A stretch of DNA of 41,632 nt. Origin: a candidate division WOR-3 bacterium (GTDB taxonomy: Bacteria > Hydrothermota > Tepidihabitantia > Tepidihabitantales > Tepidihabitantaceae). Positions 17,451 to 26,904 of this stretch are shown piece by piece. Position numbers and translations under genes: made by a program. A model generated the notes under the pieces. That model saw only the letters and a program-made list of their open reading frames with translations, was not told the DNA's origin and did no database searches. Each line of letters starts with the position of its first letter. The first letter of the stretch is position 1. Where the stretch lies: NCBI GenBank assembly GCA_037441285.1, contig JBBISL010000017.1, positions 1-41,632 on the forward strand. The letters run 5' to 3'.

Positions 17451-17819
17451 TGAAGGCGGGTCGGACGGTCGCTCCTGATTTCAGGAGAGGAAAGTCCGGG
17501 CACCGAAGGGCAGGACACTCGCTAACCGCGAGGCTCCAGTTGGGTGACCGGCTGGAGACGGAAAGTGCCACAGAAACGACACCGCCCTGCACTTTTGATG
17601 CAGGGTAAGGGTGAAAAAGTGCGGTAAGAGCGCACTATCCGTTGTGGTGACACAGCGGATGGGTAAACCCTGTCTGGTGCAAGACCAAATTGGGAATCGG
17701 ACTGGCCCGGTCCAGATGATTCCCGGGTAGGTCGCTTGAGGCGGCGGGCAACCGTGCGTCCCAGATAAATGACCGTCACCCTTTATGGGTACAGAACCCG
17801 GCTTACAGACCCGCCTTCA
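17451..17819 (+). ncRNA. rnpB: RNase P RNA, bacterial type A
   Basis: P1 pairing TGAAGGCGGGTC...GACCCGCCTTCA; conserved GAGGAAAGTCCGGGC, GAAAGTGCCACAGAAA, GGTAAACCC, ACAGAACCCGGCTTA. Confidence 0.97.
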
Positions 17820-17921
17820 AAAACTTCTGGTCGCTGCTGCTGAATAACCACCTGACCACTTGAACAGGCAGGATATCCTATTTTCCCTTACCTGATGTTG
17901 TCTGATACTTGCTTCCTGAAT

Positions 17922-17950
17922 TTGACACTGTTGAGATTTTTTTCTAGAAT
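17922..17950 (+). promoter_or_regulatory. sigma70-type promoter TTGACA-17-TAGAAT for the EIIA-transporter operon
   Basis: Hexamers at 17922-17927 and 17945-17950; ATG at 17983. Confidence 0.7.
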
Positions 17951-17982
17951 TTTAATTCTTACAGTTAAAATGACTATAACAG

Positions 17983-19929
17983 ATGGTTAACCTAACGCGG
18001 TTTTTCTTTCACAACCTTGCGCTGGACATACCCGGCACCACCAACCAAGATGAAATTTTCCACCTTGCCGCCACACGACTGGCTGAAGCCGGAGTTGTCG
18101 CCAACGCCGCGACACTGGTTCAGGAGCTAAAAGAGCGGGAAACACTCGGCTCAACCGGTGTTGGCTCCGGCATTGCCCTGCCCCATGTAATCAGTTCCGA
18201 TGTCCTGAAACCCGCCGCAGTTGTATTCCGCCTTGAGAATCCGCTCGAATGGCAGGCAATTGACCACGCACCGGTACAATTAATCGTCCTTTTGGTTGCG
18301 CCCGAGAAAGACCGCAATCTCTACCTTGCCCTGCTGGCAGAGGTCGCTCGTTCCTTAAATACCCCCCACATCCGCACCGCTGCTCTGAAAGCGAAAAATG
18401 CTCAGACCGCTTCGCAGATTATTTCCCAGCCACCCCACCAGGGATTTTTCAAACGCAACCGCCGCCTGTTATTTTTCTTTGGATTGGTGGCACTCGTCTT
18501 CATCGCCGCAAGTATTGTTTTACCTCTAATCCGCCTGCCTGAATCCGGGATTTACCAGGAACTCGGCTACCTCCATTTCAACAATCCCGATTGGCTCTTC
18601 CGGCAGAAATTGACCATCACCCTTTTCCTGGCGATGATTTTTGGCACACTGCTTTTCTGGCGCTTCCGCGTCGCAATTGCTGCTGCCGCACTGGGTATCT
18701 TACTTATCGTCGGCGTTATGGACCTCGAGCACACGGTAAAGTTTATGTCGATTCCGACCATTCTGTTCATAATGGCAATGATGGTAATTGTCCGCTGGCT
18801 CCAGAATATCGGTGTCTTCCGCTTTGTCGTTGTCAAAGCGGTGGAAAAGGTCAAGGGTGTCCCATGGCTTTTACTGCTCCTTTTGATGGGCTTCTCGGTA
18901 CTACTGGGTGGTTTTGCCGATGAGGTTTCGGCAATCCTGGTCACCTTCGGTCTGGCGCTGGAAATTTCTCGCCGCACTAGCGCCCCGCTTGTGCCTTTTC
19001 TCCTTTCCCTCGTCTTTGCCACCAATGTCGGCTCGGCATTGACATTGGTCGGAAACCCCATTGGCGTCTATATCGCCTTTGCCGGCGGGTTAAGTTTTGA
19101 AGACTTTTCCCGCTGGGCAACACCGGTTTCGGCAATCACCGCGGTAATCGTTGCCCTGCTCTGCCTCTTGCTCTATCGGCGCCACTTCTTTGGTACCCGT
19201 TATGAAATCGACTCCGAAGAACTGGAAAGGTCGACGGGCACCATTGACCGGGCAAAACTCCGCACCGGTATTATCACATTTATCGTTACCGTTCTTTTAA
19301 TCGCCCTGCACCGTCGGCTTGAAATCTGGCTCGGACTGGGTGATGGTACCGCACTGGTCGCGGTTGCGCTTGCTGTGACTGGTTTTGTAGTTTTTTACGA
19401 GCAAGAAAAGGGCCGGGTTCTCGTCGAAAGAGGGATTGACTGGTGGACAGTCTTGTACTTTATGTTTCTCTTTGCCACCGCTGCCTGTCTTGAATACACC
19501 GGCGTAACAACAAAATTGGGTTATCTCGTGCTGCGTTTTTCCGAGTCGGTCGCTGGCACCAATCTCCCGGGTCGGGAAATGACCGTAACGAGCGTCGCCC
19601 TGCTCCTCTGGTTTTCTGGAATCGCTTCCGGTTTTGTTGACAATTTACCCATCGTTGCCGCCCTTTCTCCGGTGGTCAAAGACCTGACCCGATTCGGACT
19701 ACCCCACGCCTCAATCCTCTGGTGGGCTTTGTTGTTCGGTGGCTGTTTCGGCGGCAATCTCACGGTAATTGGCTCCACCGCCAACCTCGTGGCGGTTGGT
19801 GCGTTTGAACGGACAAGTGGCCGTCATATCCGTTTTGGCGAATGGATTAAAGTTGGGGCAATCGTTACCATCGCAGCCCTCCTCGTTGCGACCGTTGCTC
19901 TCTTTATCCAGATTCCCATGGCACCATAG
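17983..19929 (+). CDS. Fusion of PTS EIIA (Fru/Ntr-type) domain and ArsB/NhaD/SLC13 (ion transporter superfamily) permease, copy 1
   Basis: ERETLGSTGVGSGIALPH (phospho-acceptor His68), WQAIDHAPVQLIVLL; permease motifs FATNVGSALTLVGNPIG, IDWWTVLYF, SGFVDNLP, GGCFGGNLTVIGSTAN. Confidence 0.88.
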   Translation: MVNLTRFFFHNLALDIPGTTNQDEIFHLAATRLAEAGVVANAATLVQELKERETLGSTGVGSGIALPHVISSDVLKPAAVVFRLENPLEWQAIDHAPVQLIVLLVAPEKDRNLYLALLAEVARSLNTPHIRTAALKAKNAQTASQIISQPPHQGFFKRNRRLLFFFGLVALVFIAASIVLPLIRLPESGIYQELGYLHFNNPDWLFRQKLTITLFLAMIFGTLLFWRFRVAIAAAALGILLIVGVMDLEHTVKFMSIPTILFIMAMMVIVRWLQNIGVFRFVVVKAVEKVKGVPWLLLLLLMGFSVLLGGFADEVSAILVTFGLALEISRRTSAPLVPFLLSLVFATNVGSALTLVGNPIGVYIAFAGGLSFEDFSRWATPVSAITAVIVALLCLLLYRRHFFGTRYEIDSEELERSTGTIDRAKLRTGIITFIVTVLLIALHRRLEIWLGLGDGTALVAVALAVTGFVVFYEQEKGRVLVERGIDWWTVLYFMFLFATAACLEYTGVTTKLGYLVLRFSESVAGTNLPGREMTVTSVALLLWFSGIASGFVDNLPIVAALSPVVKDLTRFGLPHASILWWALLFGGCFGGNLTVIGSTANLVAVGAFERTSGRHIRFGEWIKVGAIVTIAALLVATVALFIQIPMAP

Positions 19930-19949
19930 ATAAAAAGGAGAAAAATAAA

Positions 19950-20363
19950 ATGTTTGAGCGGATTCTTTACATCATCAGTGAGAAACAGGAAGAAAAACAC
20001 CAGGTGATGGAGCTTGCCCGCCAGCAGCAAAGCACCGTACTGCTTTCTGCGGTCAGCCCGGTCGCAGAATGTCCTTCCCCGCGTAGCGAAGGAGAAACCC
20101 GCCAGGCGGTACGGAAAGAAGAACATGAGCGTCGTTGCTGGCAGGACATCTACCGCCTGGAAGATGAGTTTAAAAAGTCCGGTATCAAAGCATCGGTTGT
20201 TGCCCAGCTGGGTACACTTGATAATCTTCAGTTTCTTGCCAACTCCACCCGCTGCGACCTCATTATTCTGCCCATTAGTATCCTCGAAAACTTTGACTAC
20301 CGGTTACCGGAAGAACTTCTGCCCAGCCTACCCTGCCCTCTGCTGTTGATCACCAACCCCTGA
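19950..20363 (+). CDS. Universal stress protein (USP)-like protein, degenerate nucleotide-binding motif
   Basis: MFERILYII start, CDLIIL and terminal PCPLLL match USP landmarks; G-x2-G-x9-G(S/T) absent; AAGGAG RBS. Confidence 0.7.
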   Translation: MFERILYIISEKQEEKHQVMELARQQQSTVLLSAVSPVAECPSPRSEGETRQAVRKEEHERRCWQDIYRLEDEFKKSGIKASVVAQLGTLDNLQFLANSTRCDLIILPISILENFDYRLPEELLPSLPCPLLLITNP

Positions 20364-20364
20364 A

Positions 20365-22299
20365 ATGTCCCTGATTGCCAACTACCTGAAACCGGAACTC
20401 ATCTTCGACCTGGAACGGGTCGATACGCCGGCTGAACTATTCGCTTTTGTCGCAGAAAAACTAAAAGAATTTGGTGTTGAGCCGGCGAGCGCAATTGCGG
20501 CGCTTGCCCAGCGGGAAGAGTCAGGCTCGACCGGCATCGGTCACGGTGTTGCCTTACCCCATGCAATAATCCCGGGTAACCTATCCGCACCACTCTTTGC
20601 CTTCATCCGGGTGCGCAAAGGTGTGAACTGGCACGCCATCGACTCCCAGCCGGTGAAACTCATCTGTCTCATCGTTGCCCCGGAAAACCAGCGGTCCGAA
20701 TATCTAAAACTCCTTGCTGAAATCAGCCGCATTGTTGCCCAACCCCACCTGCGCCAAAAACTACTCAAAGCAAGAGATGTCCCGGCGCTAAAAAAACTTC
20801 TCCTCCAGGAACTGACCCCGGGCTTTTTTGCCCGGTACCAGAGGATATTCATCATTGTTGGGGCGATTGTTGGCACCTATTTTCTCAGCCGATTTCTCTT
20901 CCCGGCATTGAAACTGCCGGCAACGGGTATTTACGAAAAAATGGGATACATCAAGTTTAATTATGAACCCTGGCTTTCGCGCGAAGCCCTTACCGCCGCC
21001 ATCTTCCTTGGTATGATTCTCGGCACGATATTCTACTGGCGCTATCGCGTTGCCCTGGCAGCAACAAGCATCGCATTGCTCTTGCTAATGAAAGTGATGG
21101 ACATTGAAAGTGCGGTGGAATATATGTCCATTCCCACCGTTCTCTTCATTATGGCAACGATGGCTTTAATCAAATGGTTAGAGAACATCGGCGTCTTCCG
21201 CACTGTTGTTGCTCGTGTTGCCCAGCGCGTAGGAAACTCACCCGGGTTGATGCTTATCGTCTTGATGGTTTTCTCCGTCATCCTCTCGGGATTCGCTGGA
21301 GAAGTGTCTGGTATTCTGGTAACCTTTGGGCTGGCACTGGAAATTGCGCGCCGCACGAAAAGTTCTCCCTTACCATATCTGCTTGCCCTGGTCTTTGCCA
21401 CCAATGTCGGATCGGCATTAACACTGGTTGCTAATCCAATTGGTGTTTATATCGCCTTTGCCGGCGGCCTCACATTTGAAAACTTTCTGCGCTGGGCAAC
21501 GCCGGTATCTTTAATCGCTGGTCTCATAACGATAATTCTCTGTGTTTTACTCTTCCACCATCGCCTGTCTAAACCCAAGGAGAGTATTTCCTCAGCATTC
21601 GCCGTCGAAGCGGACCCGACTGAGGTGCGGTTTGGCATCTTCGTCTTTTTAGCGGTAATCTTACTCATCGTCCTGCACGCGCGGATTGAAACCTGGCTCC
21701 ATCTTGGTGAAGGGACAATGCTCATCGCCGCCCCGCTTGCGGCGCTTGCCTTTGTCTTATTTACTGAACAGGAACGAGGGAAAATTTTGATTGAACGCGG
21801 TGTTGACTGGTGGACAATCCTTTTCTTTATGTTTCTCTTCGCCAATGCCGCCTGTCTTGAACACACCGGAGTCACCACCAAATTGGGTTATCTCATCCTC
21901 AAAGTCGCGGAAAAATTACCCATCACCCGCTGGATGGGCTCGTCGGGCTTAACCGGTTCCAGTCTTATCCTGATGCTTTGGTTTTCTGGTATCAGCTCCG
22001 GTTTTGTTGACAATATGCCCATTGTTGCGGCTCTCGTGCCGATTGTCAAAACCCTGGTCCAGATTGGTCTGCCGCATGCTTCAATCCTCTGGTGGAGCCT
22101 ATTGATCGGCGGTTGCTATGGTGGCAACCTGACGATGATTGGCTCCAGTGCCAATCTGGTTGCCATTGGTGCTTATGAAAAAGCGACCGGACTATCACTT
22201 AAGTTTACCGATTGGATTGCTACCGGTGCCATCGTCACCCTGATTACACTGGCAATTGCCACCGTTCTACTTATCTTCCAGATTCCTCTATCCCCCTGA
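20365..22299 (+). CDS. Fusion of PTS EIIA domain and ArsB/NhaD/SLC13 permease, copy 2 (paralog of 17983..19929)
   Basis: QREESGSTGIGHGVALPH (His66), WHAIDSQPVKLICL; FATNVGSALTLVANPIG, SGFVDNMP, GGCYGGNLTMIGSSAN; colinear with copy 1. Confidence 0.88.
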   Translation: MSLIANYLKPELIFDLERVDTPAELFAFVAEKLKEFGVEPASAIAALAQREESGSTGIGHGVALPHAIIPGNLSAPLFAFIRVRKGVNWHAIDSQPVKLICLIVAPENQRSEYLKLLAEISRIVAQPHLRQKLLKARDVPALKKLLLQELTPGFFARYQRIFIIVGAIVGTYFLSRFLFPALKLPATGIYEKMGYIKFNYEPWLSREALTAAIFLGMILGTIFYWRYRVALAATSIALLLLMKVMDIESAVEYMSIPTVLFIMATMALIKWLENIGVFRTVVARVAQRVGNSPGLMLIVLMVFSVILSGFAGEVSGILVTFGLALEIARRTKSSPLPYLLALVFATNVGSALTLVANPIGVYIAFAGGLTFENFLRWATPVSLIAGLITIILCVLLFHHRLSKPKESISSAFAVEADPTEVRFGIFVFLAVILLIVLHARIETWLHLGEGTMLIAAPLAALAFVLFTEQERGKILIERGVDWWTILFFMFLFANAACLEHTGVTTKLGYLILKVAEKLPITRWMGSSGLTGSSLILMLWFSGISSGFVDNMPIVAALVPIVKTLVQIGLPHASILWWSLLIGGCYGGNLTMIGSSANLVAIGAYEKATGLSLKFTDWIATGAIVTLITLAIATVLLIFQIPLSP

Positions 22300-22313
22300 A
22301 CAAACAAACAGTT

Positions 22314-24173
22314 ATGGAGAAAAAGGCAAATACCAAAGGGGGCAAGCCCCGGGCTACTACCCATACTGCTGTCCCTCCTGCCGCACATCACCCCCTGAAT
22401 CTTCACTCACTTCTGCCTTTAGCCCCGGTGCTACTTACCCTCCTTATCCGCCTCCTCTTCATCCTTGAGGTACGTCATCTACCTTATTCCTGGGTATCTC
22501 ATTTTGTTGTGGACTCCTGGGCTTATCATCGCTGGGCACTGGAAATTATCGGTGGCAACTTCTGGGGCTCGGATGTCTTCTTTCTTCGACCCATTTATCC
22601 TTACCTGCTGGCTCTGCTCTATAAGGTTTTCGGTCAAAAGGTCATTGTGGTTCAGGTATTCCAGGCGCTCATCGCCACTGCGTCCTGCTTTCTGCTCTAC
22701 CGTTGTGCCGAGAGAATCTTTAAACGCTTTGCCGCCTTTGTTGCGGGCATTGGATTCGCCCTCTGTGGGGTGCTAACTTTTTATACCGGCGCCCTGCTCT
22801 ATGTCGAAATCACCACCTTTTTCACTCTACTCACCCTTTACCTCCTTACCAGTAACCATGCACCGTTGACCACGCGCCGTCTGCTCTTCGCCGGAATAAC
22901 CTTTGGCTTGCTTGTCATCTGCCGGCCCGAACTTTTACTACTTGCCCCTTTCTTGCTTTTTTATCTTTTACGAGATAAAATTCCATTCAAAAGAGTCGCG
23001 CTGTTTAGCCTGATTTGTCTTTTGACAATCGCCGCCGTACCCATACGGAATTTCCTGATTGCCCGGGACATGGTCTTCTTTACCGCCCACTCCGGTATCA
23101 ACTTTTACTATGGTAACAACCCTGCAGCGGACGGCACCTGGCAGTCTCCTCCGGAACTTTCCACCGGATTGGGCTTTTCCCACGAAAGACTGAAGAAGGT
23201 CGCAAAAACGGTCAATGGCAGAGAATTAACCTGGTCTCAGGCTTCCTCTTACTGGACCAAGAAAGGCATAAACTACATCCTTACCCATCCCTGGAACTGG
23301 CTACAACTGCTCCTCAGGAAGTTTCTGCTGTTCTGGAGCAATTACGAAATCCCGAATAATTACTATCAGGAAACGGTACGCCCTTTTTCCCGCGTTTTGA
23401 AAGTCGCCTTTATCAACTTTGGCGCGGTCGCGGCGCTGGGCATCATCGGGATGTTTTTCGCAAGACGCAACCGCCGCGCTTTGCTGGTTTACCTCTTCAT
23501 CCTTGGCTACCTCACTTCGTCGCTAATTTTTTATGTCCTGTCCCGCTTGCGTGCTCCGGTTATCCCTCTTCTATTGATTTTTGCGGGTTCAGCCGTTACA
23601 GAAATATATCAACTCCTGCGCCATACGCCTAAGAGAAAAATCGGCGTTGCCAGCCTTGTCGCCACTGTCCTCCTTTATCTCGCCACAAACCTTATCTCGG
23701 TTAACCGCACAATTTACTCAGCCCAAGCCTGGACCCAACTGGGTAACATCTACCTTGAGCGCCATTACGCCACGAGAGCAATTGAGGCGCTCAACCATGC
23801 CCTCCAGTTTGACTCGAAAAACGGCGCTGCCCGCTACAGTCTGGTGCTCGCCTATGCCAGCCTGCGCCGCGTCCCCGAAGCAGAAAGGGAACTTTCCGCC
23901 CTCATTCAGAATAACCCCGATGCCCTGGAACTGCACCATCTTGCCGCCGCGCGCATCGCAATCGCCACCCGCAATTTCAACACCGCCCTCGAAAATTATC
24001 GCGCTGCCCTCAAACTCAACCCGCAGAACCCTGAGACATTTTATCTTCTTGGAATGGTCTTCATCAGTACCAACCAGCTGGACAGCGCCGAACTTTACCT
24101 CGGTCAGGCAACTCTTCTTGACCCGTCTCATGACGCCGCCCGAAACGCACTGGCAATGGTCCGGGCAAAATGA
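22314..24173 (+). CDS. GT-C fold membrane glycosyltransferase (ArnT/PMT, GT39/GT83-like) with C-terminal TPR repeats
   Basis: VDSWAYHRWA, RPIYPYLLA, CRPE, GINFYYGNNP, many TM helices; TPR-like AWTQLGNIY...ALQFD and ALKLNPQNPETFYLLG. Start taken as ATG 22314. Confidence 0.8.
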   Translation: MEKKANTKGGKPRATTHTAVPPAAHHPLNLHSLLPLAPVLLTLLIRLLFILEVRHLPYSWVSHFVVDSWAYHRWALEIIGGNFWGSDVFFLRPIYPYLLALLYKVFGQKVIVVQVFQALIATASCFLLYRCAERIFKRFAAFVAGIGFALCGVLTFYTGALLYVEITTFFTLLTLYLLTSNHAPLTTRRLLFAGITFGLLVICRPELLLLAPFLLFYLLRDKIPFKRVALFSLICLLTIAAVPIRNFLIARDMVFFTAHSGINFYYGNNPAADGTWQSPPELSTGLGFSHERLKKVAKTVNGRELTWSQASSYWTKKGINYILTHPWNWLQLLLRKFLLFWSNYEIPNNYYQETVRPFSRVLKVAFINFGAVAALGIIGMFFARRNRRALLVYLFILGYLTSSLIFYVLSRLRAPVIPLLLIFAGSAVTEIYQLLRHTPKRKIGVASLVATVLLYLATNLISVNRTIYSAQAWTQLGNIYLERHYATRAIEALNHALQFDSKNGAARYSLVLAYASLRRVPEAERELSALIQNNPDALELHHLAAARIAIATRNFNTALENYRAALKLNPQNPETFYLLGMVFISTNQLDSAELYLGQATLLDPSHDAARNALAMVRAK

Positions 24174-24215
24174 TGAACACAGCCACCGCCTATCAAAAAT
24201 TGACATTGGTTAAAC

Positions 24216-25952
24216 TTGGTGCTCAATGTTAATGTGGCAGCCATAGTTCCCAATCACCACTGGAAAATATCCTCTCCGCCCCCAGAGGCGGTGGCGGCGC
24301 TTGCCGCCGCCGCCCGAATTCCGCCGCTTGTCGCCCATCTGCTCTATCAGCGGGGCTGTCGCACCCCGGAGGCGATTGATGAGTTCTTAAACCCTTCGGC
24401 ATCTCGCTTGCACCGGCCCGATACACTACCCGACATCACTAAAGCAACAGAGCGCATCATCACCGCATTAGAGAAAAAGGAACCGATACTCGTTTATGGT
24501 GATTACGATGTTGATGGCGTCTGTGGCACCGCCCTGCTCGTCACAACCCTGAAGAATTTAGGTGGTAAAGTCCTCGCCTATCTTCCGCACCGCGAAAGCG
24601 AAGGCTACGGCATCTCAACCGCCGGCATCGAGTTTGCTCGAACCAACGACATCCGTTTGATTATCACCAACGACTGTGGCTCTACCGACATTGAAGCGGT
24701 CCGGTTAGCACGGCAGGCAAAAATCGATGTCATCATTACCGACCACCATGAAACCGGACCCGAACCACCGCCAGCGCTGGCGTTCGTAAATCCGAAGCGC
24801 CCTGACTCCTGTTATCCATTCCGGGAACTTGCCGGTAGCGGCGTTGCCTTCAAACTTGCCTGGCATCTTTTGGCAACGCTCGGTCGCTCCAAGGAAGAAC
24901 TCATCGCCCTGCTCGACCTCGCCGGGCTGGGAACAATCGCCGATGTTGTTCCTCTAATGGGTGAAAATCGGCTGATTGCCCGACTCGGTCTTATCGCCCT
25001 GAACCAGACGACCCGTCCCGGAATCAAAATGCTCGTTGAATCCAGCCGTTTGCGGTCAAAACTCTTAACCGCGCGCGACATCAGTTTTGTCCTTGCCCCG
25101 CGCATCAACGCTGCCGGTCGGGTTGGTCATGCCCGGACCGCATTAGAGCTGCTCCTTACCCATGATGAAGCCCGTGCCCGGACAATTGCCACCGAACTGG
25201 AAACATTGAACCGGACCCGTCAGACGCTCGAAGACCGAATCATCAATGAAGCCAGCGCCAGTATCGAAGCAGAAAGAATGACGGGGAACCGCGTGCTTGT
25301 CCTTGCCCAGCCCGGCTGGAACGAAGGCGTAATTGGTATCGTTGCCGCGCGGTTGGTGGAACGGTTCTGGCGTCCCTGTATTATGATTGCCTTGAAAAAG
25401 GAAATCGGAAAGGGTTCAGGCCGCTCCGTAACCGGCTTCAACCTTTATGAGGCGCTCCACCGTTGCTCCGAGCACCTTATTGCCTACGGTGGCCACCGCT
25501 ATGCGGCCGGGTTGAAGATAATGCCCGAAAGAGTCCCTGCCCTTCGGAAAGCAATCAACCGCATCGCCGATGAATTTCCGGAAGAGATTTTCCAGCCAAC
25601 TTTACATATCGAAGCGGTTGCTCACCTGGACGATGTCAACGAAAATTTGCTCGCTCTGCTCACGCGATTCGAACCGTTTGGACCCGAGAACCCCGAACCG
25701 GTCTTGGCATCACTCGGTTTAGAAGTGGTTGGTTATCCTCGCCGTGTCGGACGAGATAAAGCCCACCTGAAGTTTCGGGTTCGTTCCGGTAATAAGGTTC
25801 TCGACGCCATCGCCTGGCGACGAAGCGATGAACTGCTGAATCTTGAAATCGGCAAACCCGACCATCTTGATATCTGCTATACCGTAGCCCGGGACAGTTA
25901 CGCCGGACGCGATAAGGTCCAGTTAAATATTATCGACTTGAGGACCAAATAA
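24216..25952 (+). CDS. recJ: Single-stranded-DNA-specific exonuclease RecJ (canonical)
   Basis: YGDYDVDG, EGYG, TNDCG, TDHH, GTIADVVPL, APRINAAGR, GSGRS, GGHRYAAG, EPFGPENPEP and OB-fold tail. Exact start uncertain (24216 or GTG 24234). Confidence 0.95.
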   Translation: MVLNVNVAAIVPNHHWKISSPPPEAVAALAAAARIPPLVAHLLYQRGCRTPEAIDEFLNPSASRLHRPDTLPDITKATERIITALEKKEPILVYGDYDVDGVCGTALLVTTLKNLGGKVLAYLPHRESEGYGISTAGIEFARTNDIRLIITNDCGSTDIEAVRLARQAKIDVIITDHHETGPEPPPALAFVNPKRPDSCYPFRELAGSGVAFKLAWHLLATLGRSKEELIALLDLAGLGTIADVVPLMGENRLIARLGLIALNQTTRPGIKMLVESSRLRSKLLTARDISFVLAPRINAAGRVGHARTALELLLTHDEARARTIATELETLNRTRQTLEDRIINEASASIEAERMTGNRVLVLAQPGWNEGVIGIVAARLVERFWRPCIMIALKKEIGKGSGRSVTGFNLYEALHRCSEHLIAYGGHRYAAGLKIMPERVPALRKAINRIADEFPEEIFQPTLHIEAVAHLDDVNENLLALLTRFEPFGPENPEPVLASLGLEVVGYPRRVGRDKAHLKFRVRSGNKVLDAIAWRRSDELLNLEIGKPDHLDICYTVARDSYAGRDKVQLNIIDLRTK

Positions 25953-25990
25953 ACAAACGGACAGAATCTTTCCCAAAGACCCAGGCTATT

Positions 25991-26461
25991 TTACCAGCGG
26001 TAATGGGCAAAGGCGCGGTTGGCTTCCGCCATCTTGTGGGTATCTTCCCGCTTTTTAACCGCTCCACCCTGTTTTCGGCTGGCATCAATCAACTCGCCGG
26101 CAAGCCGCTCAATCATCGTATGTTCACTCCGGGCGCGGGCTGATTCCACAATCCATTTAATCGCCAGTGCGTCCCGACGCTGCGGCGGCACCTCCATTGG
26201 AATCTGGTAGGTCGCACCGCCCACCCGTCTGGGCCTGACTTCAAGTACCGGTTTGACATTGTTAATCGCCTTCTGAAATACCGCATACCCATCTTCCCCG
26301 GTTCGTTCCTGTGCCAGTTCCAGCGCCTCATAGAAAATCCGCTGTGCAACCGTCTTCTTCCCGTCCCACATTAGTTTATTGATAAATCGTGCCACCAGTA
26401 CCGAATTGAACCGCGGGTCCGGTGACGGTGTTCTTACCTTGAATTTACCGCGTCGCGCCAT
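25991..26461 (-). CDS. rpsG: 30S ribosomal protein S7
   Basis: [36 protein letters not shown]. Confidence 0.99.
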   Translation of the reverse strand: MARRGKFKVRTPSPDPRFNSVLVARFINKLMWDGKKTVAQRIFYEALELAQERTGEDGYAVFQKAINNVKPVLEVRPRRVGGATYQIPMEVPPQRRDALAIKWIVESARARSEHTMIERLAGELIDASRKQGGAVKKREDTHKMAEANRAFAHYRW

Positions 26462-26496
26462 AAGCCTCCTTCCTGGTATAACTGTTTATTCTCATA

Positions 26497-26880
26497 CTAT
26501 CCAGCCTGTTCCTTCGGTTTCTTCACCCCGTACTGACTTCGTGCCTGCCGTCTGCCCTCAACACCACCGCAGTCGTAAACCCCGCGTACCACATGATAGC
26601 GCACACCGGGCAGGTCTTTTACCCTACCACCCCGTACCAGCACAATCGAATGCTCCTGCAGATTGTGCCCTTCACCGGGAATATAAGCAGTGATCTCGTA
26701 TCCTGATGTCAACCGCACTTTACAAACCTTGCGTAACGCCGAATTGGGTTTTTTGGGTGTTGTCGTGTATACCCGTACACAGACGCCCCGCCGCTGCGGA
26801 CTGCCTTTCAGCGCCGGACTCTTGGAACGGGCGCGCACCTGCTTGCGGGGCTTCCGCACTAATTGATTAATCGTCGGCAT
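26497..26880 (-). CDS. rpsL: 30S ribosomal protein S12
   Basis: [42 protein letters not shown]. Confidence 0.99.
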   Translation of the reverse strand: MPTINQLVRKPRKQVRARSKSPALKGSPQRRGVCVRVYTTTPKKPNSALRKVCKVRLTSGYEITAYIPGEGHNLQEHSIVLVRGGRVKDLPGVRYHVVRGVYDCGGVEGRRQARSQYGVKKPKEQAG

Positions 26881-26904
26881 AAGCCTCCTTAATGTTTAAC
26901 AGTT

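Noticed and set aside
17522..17779. 85-aa minus-strand ORF
   Set aside because: Lies antisense within RNase P RNA.
22212..22313. Cys/His-rich N-terminus MDCYRCHRH (looks like a CxxCH heme motif) on the glycosyltransferase ORF
   Set aside because: It is an out-of-frame overlap with the end of the upstream permease from a TTG; the likely start is ATG 22314.
24200..24236. Promoter for recJ (TTGACA at 24200-24205)
   Set aside because: No convincing -10 at 16-18 nt spacing; left uncalled.
26459..26890. Identical AAGGAGGCTTATG before rpsL and rpsG
   Set aside because: Explained by SD consensus plus start codon; too short to imply a repeat element.
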